Assembly: GCA_030324005.1 (NCBI GenBank)
Contig: JARDVH010000084.1
Location: 31,566,653 to 31,630,652, forward strand
Direction of reading: 5' to 3'
Source of the DNA: Negaprion brevirostris
Taxonomy: Eukaryota
Length of the DNA: 64,000 nt
A program made the position numbers and the translations under genes. This document shows positions 57,800 to 64,000 of this stretch, piece by piece (position 1 is the first letter of the stretch; each line of letters opens with the position of its first letter). Under the pieces are notes generated by a model, which searched no databases, was not told the origin of the DNA, and worked only from the letters and a program-made list of their open reading frames with translations.

Positions 57800-58258
57800 A
57801 TTTCAGCTATGAAGAGAAGCTGGTTAAGTCTGGTGTTTTCGTCAGAGCAGAGAAGGCTGCAGGGGGACCAGATTGAGGTGTGTAAAATTCTGAGGAACGT
57901 AGATAGGGGAGATGGGAAGAAACATATCCCCTTAGTCAAAGGGTCAATAATCAGGGGCCATAGATTTAAGGTAAGGGGCAGGAGATTTTGAGGGGATTTG
58001 AAGAAAACTTTTTCCATCCAGAGGATGGTAGGAATCTGGAACTCACTGCCTGAAACTGTAGTTGTGGTAGAGGTAGGGACCTTCAATACTTAAGAAGCAT
58101 TTACTTGAGCACTTAAAATGCCATAGCATAGAAAGCTACAGACGAAGAGCTGGAAAGTGGGACTAGAACAGTTAGGTAAGTGCTTTGGCTGGCGCAGAAT
58201 CAATGGTCCAAATGGCTTCTTTCTGTGCTGCAAATCTCCATGACTGTGACTCTATGAC
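57800..58258 (+). mobile_element. CR1 LINE 3' fragment
   Basis: FSSEQRRLQGDQIEVCKIL...RGHRFKVRGRRF; tail tgactgtgactctatga. Confidence 0.85.
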
Positions 58259-58399
58259 CTTCCGTCCTTTCTATATCATTTCTGTATTCTCTCTTTTAGA
58301 ATTTAGTTAGCATGTCACAAAATATTATGCAGTGATAAAGCAAAGACATACCTTTCTGTCATCAGGTATCTTGGCCACAACTGCAGAGAAGCTGGATTT

Positions 58400-59060
58400 A
58401 TTTGCACTCGAGGGATAATTGAGGGGCAATCCCCTGATAAATATTTATCCCTCGATCAGCATCGCTAAAAGCACTTGATCTGGTGATTAATTCCCTGCTG
58501 TTTGTGGGCTTTATTGTATGTAAGTTGGCCACTGCACATTTTCAACATTCCAATCGTGACTACATTTATTACTTTGAGATGTCCTTATTTCTTCATTAGT
58601 TTCACAAGTAGGCTCACATTGACACTGCAATGAAGTTCTGCGAAAATCCCCAGCCACCACATTCTGGCACCTGTTCAGGTACACTGAGGGAGAACTTAGC
58701 NNNNNNNNNNNNNNNNNNNNNNNNNNNNNNNNNNNNNNNNNNNNNNNNNNNNNNNNNNNNNNNNNNNNNNNNNNNNNNNNNNNNNNNNNNNNNNNNNNNN
58801 TATTGAATGGTGGGGCAGGCTCGAAGGGCTAGATGGCCTACTCCTGCTCCTATTTCTTATGTTCTTATGTTCTTCTGGACTGTGGGAAGAAACCAGAGCA
58901 GCCGGAGGAAACCCACGCAGGCACGGAGAGAATGTGCAAACTCCACACAGACTGTGGCCCAAGCTGGAATCAAACCTGGGTCCCTGGTGCTGTGAGGCTA
59001 ACCACTGTGCCACCATGCCACCTGAAATTGTGAAAGGTGCTATACAAACGTGAGTTTTTT
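58400..59060 (+). mobile_element. Deu/SacSINE1-like SINE 3' half, split by a minus-strand V-SINE (58590-59020) that itself contains a + strand CR1 end (to 58872)
   Basis: aatatttatccctc...ctttgagatgtcct [insert] cctgaaattgtgaaaggtgctatacaaa. Confidence 0.75.
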
Positions 59061-59369
59061 AAATTCAAGTTTCTTAAGAAAAATCTTAAGTGGGAAGCTG
59101 ACAGATATTTGATGATAAGATCAATTGAGGAATGTGAATTGCTTTCAGTTTATGAGCACTGGTACTGGTTGCATGGGGCTGTAATTTTTTTTAGGTCCTC
59201 CAAATTCTTATCTTGCTGCCGTTCTAGTTTCCAGAAACATCACATTTTATTCAAAATATTTTCGGACTCCTAAAAAAAAGCAGCCGACTCCCTATTCTGA
59301 CAGGTGAATGCCTATGGAACATGCCTTTTTAGATGTAAAACTTGACATTGCATTACACGTCGGCTGAAG

Positions 59370-60450
59370 TTGAACGCAGAGAAATCTGAAGTGATGTATT
59401 TTAGCAGGAAATGAGGAAAGACATTATAAATTAAAATGGTACAATTTCAAAAGGGGCGCCGGACAGAAAGACTGGGGATTTATTTTTGCAAAAAATTTCA
59501 AGGTGGTAACGCAGGTTGATAAAGCTGTCACATTGCACAAGATCCTAGGCTTTGTAACAGAGGCATCAGGTATAAAAACAAGGCTGTTAAACCTGTATAA
59601 AGGCTTCAGCTGGAGTATTGAGTCCCATTCTGGACATTTGTACTGGATTTCAAGGCCTTGGATAGAATGCAGAGGAGATTTACCGGAATGATAAAAGGAC
59701 TGAGGAGCTTCAGTTATGTGCTGGAGTCATGCACATGTGCATGGGCATCGAGTGTTTAGGGGAGATTTCATAGACGTGCTCAAAATGATGAGAGTTATTG
59801 ATAGAATAGATAAGGAGAAACTGGCAGGAGAATGGATACCGAGAGAACATAAATTTTAAATAATTAGCAAAACCTCAGGCGGGAAATGAGAATTTTCTCT
59901 ATCCAGTGAGTTATGACCTAAAATATGTCACCTGAAAGCGTGCTGGCGGCAGGTTCCCTCCTAACTTTCAAAAGTGANNNNNNNNNNTTAACCTGGTGTT
60001 GTGAGATTTCTTACTGTGGCGAAAAGCAGGGGACTGTGACAAAATGGATACCTCAAAATCCCTTTCGATTACACTCTCAGGCAGTGCATTCCAGATCCCA
60101 ACCACTGTGTAAAAATATTTCTTCTCATTTTTGCCTTTGGTTCTTTAGCCAATAACTTCAAATCTATCTCTCTTGAGCCTTCTGCCAATGGGAATAACTT
60201 CTCTCTATATCCTCTGGTTAGGTCCCAGATGATTGTGAAAACCTCAGTCAAATCTCCTCTTTCTAAGAAGGCATTTTCCAGTTCCTCCAATCTGATCGAA
60301 TAAATGAAGTCCCTGGAACAATTTTGTAAACCTTTCTTCCACCTTCTCTAAAACCTTCCCACTGTCCCTAAAGTGCAACATCCAGAATTGCACACAACTC
60401 TCCAGTTGAAACAGAACCAGTGTTTAGGAAGATCCATCAATACTTCATGG
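59370..60450. mobile_element. Two degenerate CR1 fragments, + (59370-59975) and - (60070-60450), around a gap with a Penelope-type terminus at about 59988-60018
   Basis: CR1 C-terminal motifs on both strands; ttaacctggtgttgtgagatttcttactgtg. Confidence 0.65.
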
Positions 60451-61554
60451 CTTACCACTTGTCTTTCTTTGCAGGTTCAAACTAGACAGTCTACACTTTC
60501 TGCACAGTGAAAATGCCTTTTATGACACATTGTGGAGTTGGTGGACATTATTAGCAAGATGCGGAAGTACTTACTAAATCCTCTAATCCCATTGTGTTCT
60601 CAATTTTCTTTTTGGTTTAGACTAATCTCATCTCTGCAGCTGTAATATTCTGAACTCTACTCCATATTTCAGCTAACTGAGGGCAGAGGTAGGAATTCAA
60701 AATCAAGGTTCTTGGCAATTAATGCACAAAAAACAATCAGCTAAAGTGAGATCACTACAACAGTGGGAGAGAAATATGGTGAATAGGTGCGAAGATGAAA
60801 AAGAATAATCAAAATGTAATAAGGGATTGATTGCGACAGACTTGCCTGAGCCCAGTGGCCACTCCGTAAGTCACATCTATCTTTGTAAGAACGATTATGC
60901 TTGCAGAAAAAAACAGCTTTCTATTTCAATCACTGTCCGGCTTTGATAGATGGTGCTGTCTAATTCAGTAGAGCCTTACTTTAAGGGGTTTTGATGAGGA
61001 CTGTTTGTACAGATGGTTTGACAGAGGTGGCTTCTTCAACTTCACTTCTGCTACATATGAATGACCAATATTGATAAAATCAGACAGCATAATTCATCAA
61101 AGACAGGAACTACAGCAATCTGAAATGGGTTCTGTCTCGTTGAGGACCTACGGCTCTGTTCAATGACCGGCATGCCAGTGATAAGCCTGTGATGCTTCTT
61201 GCTCTACTTTTATATTTCTTTTGTTCCTACACAATGAAGCCAGCGTTCAGATTTTGATCTCTATATCTCGTCATAATTATTCTGCCCCCCTTTAACAGGA
61301 TTTTCCTCTGCAGGTTTTGGCAGTCTGCTTCTAAAGAATGCAGGCGCTTGATTCAATAATTCAATAATTCATAATTCAATGCACGTGCTTTATGTTGAAC
61401 TGACTTTGATCTAAAAAGACTGGGCTGTAAATTCTGAGCTCCAGGATACCATATTTGGTGGCGGGCTACTGCAAAGATGAACTGGAGAAGGCTCCCCACC
61501 CCCCCCAACCTACACCATCCCAGATGTTCCCAGGAAAGGTTTGCCCTGCATTTA

Positions 61555-61840
61555 ACTTTAAAGTTTATTTATTAGTGTCACAAGTAGGCTTACATTCACA
61601 CTGCAATGAAGTTACTGTGAAAATCACCNNNNNNNNNNNNNNNNNNNNNNNNNNNNNCTAAGGGACAATTTAGCATGGCCAATCAACCTAACCCGCACAT
61701 CTTTGGACCTTGGGAGGAAACCGGAGCACCCGGAAGAAACCCATGCAGACACGGGGAGAATCTGTGCTGACTGTGCACATAGTAACTCAAGTTGGCAAGC
61801 GAACTTAGGTCCCTGGCGCTGTGAGGCAGCAGTGCTAACT
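61555..61840 (-). mobile_element. V-SINE with alternative (Rex1-like) 3' tail
   Basis: V-core plus minus-strand tail ttttcacagtaacttcattgcagtgtgaatgtaagcctacttgtgacactaataaataaac. Confidence 0.85.
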
Positions 61841-64000
61841 CTGGGAAGCAGGGAAGCAGAAGTGGAATTTGCCTGACAAGTGTAAACTTCCAATGGCAAT
61901 TGCCTTGCGCAGGGACCAATTTGGAAATGCGATTTAAATTATGAATTTCAGTTAGGTCTGACTGATGCATCCTCCCCCTCCCCAGGTCCTACCTACTGAG
62001 CTTATATATTAACACTCTTCCTGGCTTGGCCGGTTTTAGTAGTGCTGTAGAAATGGGGTGGGGGTTACTTACCTGAGATTCTGTGGGCCTTGACACTAGG
62101 CCTCAGGGACATGCTCCAAGGCCCAGATCTTTCCTGGAATGAGTCAGTAAGAAAGGCAAGATAGCTGGCCTAGATTTCAGGGTGAAGACGTTCAAAGGGA
62201 GTTACAATCAGACTCCATTAGAAGTTACAGCCCATTATGTTAGATATTATCTAATTACTTGTATATTTCGCTCTCCAGAGTTTATGTTTCTGTTCAAGGT
62301 TACACATACCCCCAGACTCCTCCCTATTCACCTTCTGAATCATGTTTCATGCAACTTAAAGAATTGTTAACCATCACAAGCAGGGAAAGAACACATCGTC
62401 AAATTTAAATTAATGTGGATAAAAATAATCTTTAGCAGAGAAGATGTACCTTTCTGTTGTATACTTTTTTCCTCACAGCATAACTGTTTTCCAAACTAGG
62501 ATAAGTTCATGAATGTGGATTTGTAACTTCAAAGCAGTCAATATTAGTTGCAGAGTCTCAGGAGAGCAAATATACTCAAGAAGTATATTCTGGGGCAAAT
62601 GATACATGAAAAGATTTAGATTCACAGCCTCAGAGTATAATAACTATTCTCCTTTTCTTCAATTACCTTTTTAAACTATCCTTAAATTTTGGCATAATCC
62701 TTGCTTCGACCATTAACTCTAATAATGGATTCCACAAAGTGTGAACTGGCAACAAATGAAGTGAACAGGTTAAAAATTGAAAATACTGCAAATATTCAGC
62801 AGGGCTGGCAACTTGGAGACAGAAACAGAGTTAATGATTCAGGTTGTGATTTTTCACAACAAGCAGGTCCTACTGCCAAATCAATTAAGCTCAAATTGTC
62901 ATCTGAAACTATACCATGCAATTTTCAAGCCACACCCACAATAAGATAGGAAGCTAAACCTTCAGTGGAAGGATCTGGTACTTCAAGTGTTACTATAGGA
63001 TGGAGTACAGCACTATGCACATGATGATGTAAGAAAGCACACAACCTAGAGCTAGGGTCAGTCTAAAAATGAGTATCAATGTGTAAAGGAGCTAGAATGG
63101 ATCCTCTCCCTATCTACTGTAAATACAATTTTGTTAATAAAGACTTCCNNNNNNNNNNNNNNNNNNNNNCTTCGTGATGTTCATGCAGTATCCTTAAAGT
63201 GTGGGGACAACAGAATACAAAAGATGTACCAGTGGTAGAATCTATCAGAACCAGAGAATGCAGATATGAAGTTAAGATCAGCAAAGACTCTAATCTCCAA
63301 TGTTAAAAAGATAAGGAATAATTTCATAAACTAGACTTCCTTCAATCCCAGAAAGGAACCACATAAGTATTTATGGTCCTTCATGGGATAAAGTAAACTC
63401 GGAACAATATTTTCAGATTAACTAAGAGAATATTTTTGAGTTTGCAAAGACCTGGTGCACAAAGTGTTTGTTTATCTGGAAGGTGAACAATTAATAAAAC
63501 TGGTTATCAGGGTGGATAATTGAGACCAGGACACCAGGCTCATTTAAGAACCAGCTAGGTAATATAATGAGATGGTTATAGAGCTAGTAAACTGGAAGGA
63601 TGAGAACAAACGGTCTGAATGGCCAACTATATTAAGTCAGTGATTTCTATTTTCTGCATGAGGTAATGTTGCAAGAAGATTGCTCTGATCAGTGACAGGA
63701 TGTAAAATGCATTTAAGAAGGTCTAATCTGGTTGTTATTTCTAAGTAAGTTGCCTTGTTCTAGTACTGACCAGAGTTCCATTAAAATGTCTCCTTCTGAT
63801 TTATTCAGTTTATAATTTTTGACAGTTCTTTGAAAATAATGTAATTTACAACATTGTGGTTTCAAAAATCCATTGATGTTTTAAAATCCTAAGAGACAAA
63901 AATAAGTGGATGCTAAGAATGTGCCTTACATACATAATGTATTGAAAAAATTGTTAATGTGTTGTTTCTGTGTTAGCTTTTCCATCATATACTCCTATGT

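Noticed and set aside
60978-61090. Possible minus-strand exon (MLSDFINIG...KPLK|gtaagg) of a downstream neighbour; PIK3R3 lies tail-to-tail with MAST2 in human
   Set aside because: No recognisable similarity to PIK3R3 or any protein I know, and no partner exons found.

Overview
Eukaryotic (vertebrate) draft-assembly DNA with many N gaps. The repeat content (HE1/V-SINEs, Deu-domain SINE, CR1, L2, Rex1/Babar, Penelope-like elements) points to a cartilaginous fish, probably a shark. The window holds the 3' part of one + strand gene, MAST2 (microtubule-associated Ser/Thr kinase 2). It has 18 GT-AG exons from 2957 to the TAG at 48661-48663, which splice in phase into about 1585 aa: end of the pre-kinase DUF1908 region, AGC kinase domain, AGC C-tail, PDZ domain and a long disordered tail. 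The 5' exons lie outside the window or in gaps. A repeat-free 3'UTR runs to about 50.2 kb, followed by TE-rich intergenic DNA (Gypsy remnant with an LTR, Rex1/Babar LINE, nested SINEs). Most notable observations: (1) small palindromic Penelope-derived elements carrying minimal hammerhead-ribozyme motifs whose stem II covaries between copies; (2) a V-SINE variant whose 3' tail matches a Rex1/Babar LINE end, with a compensatory stem change, instead of the usual CR1 tail; (3) Ile instead of Met at the kinase gatekeeper; (4) a LINE tail that appears to serve as the polypyrimidine tract of a PDZ exon; (5) candidate microexons. All assignments come from reading the sequence and recalling family consensus motifs; no searches were run, and repeat boundaries are approximate.
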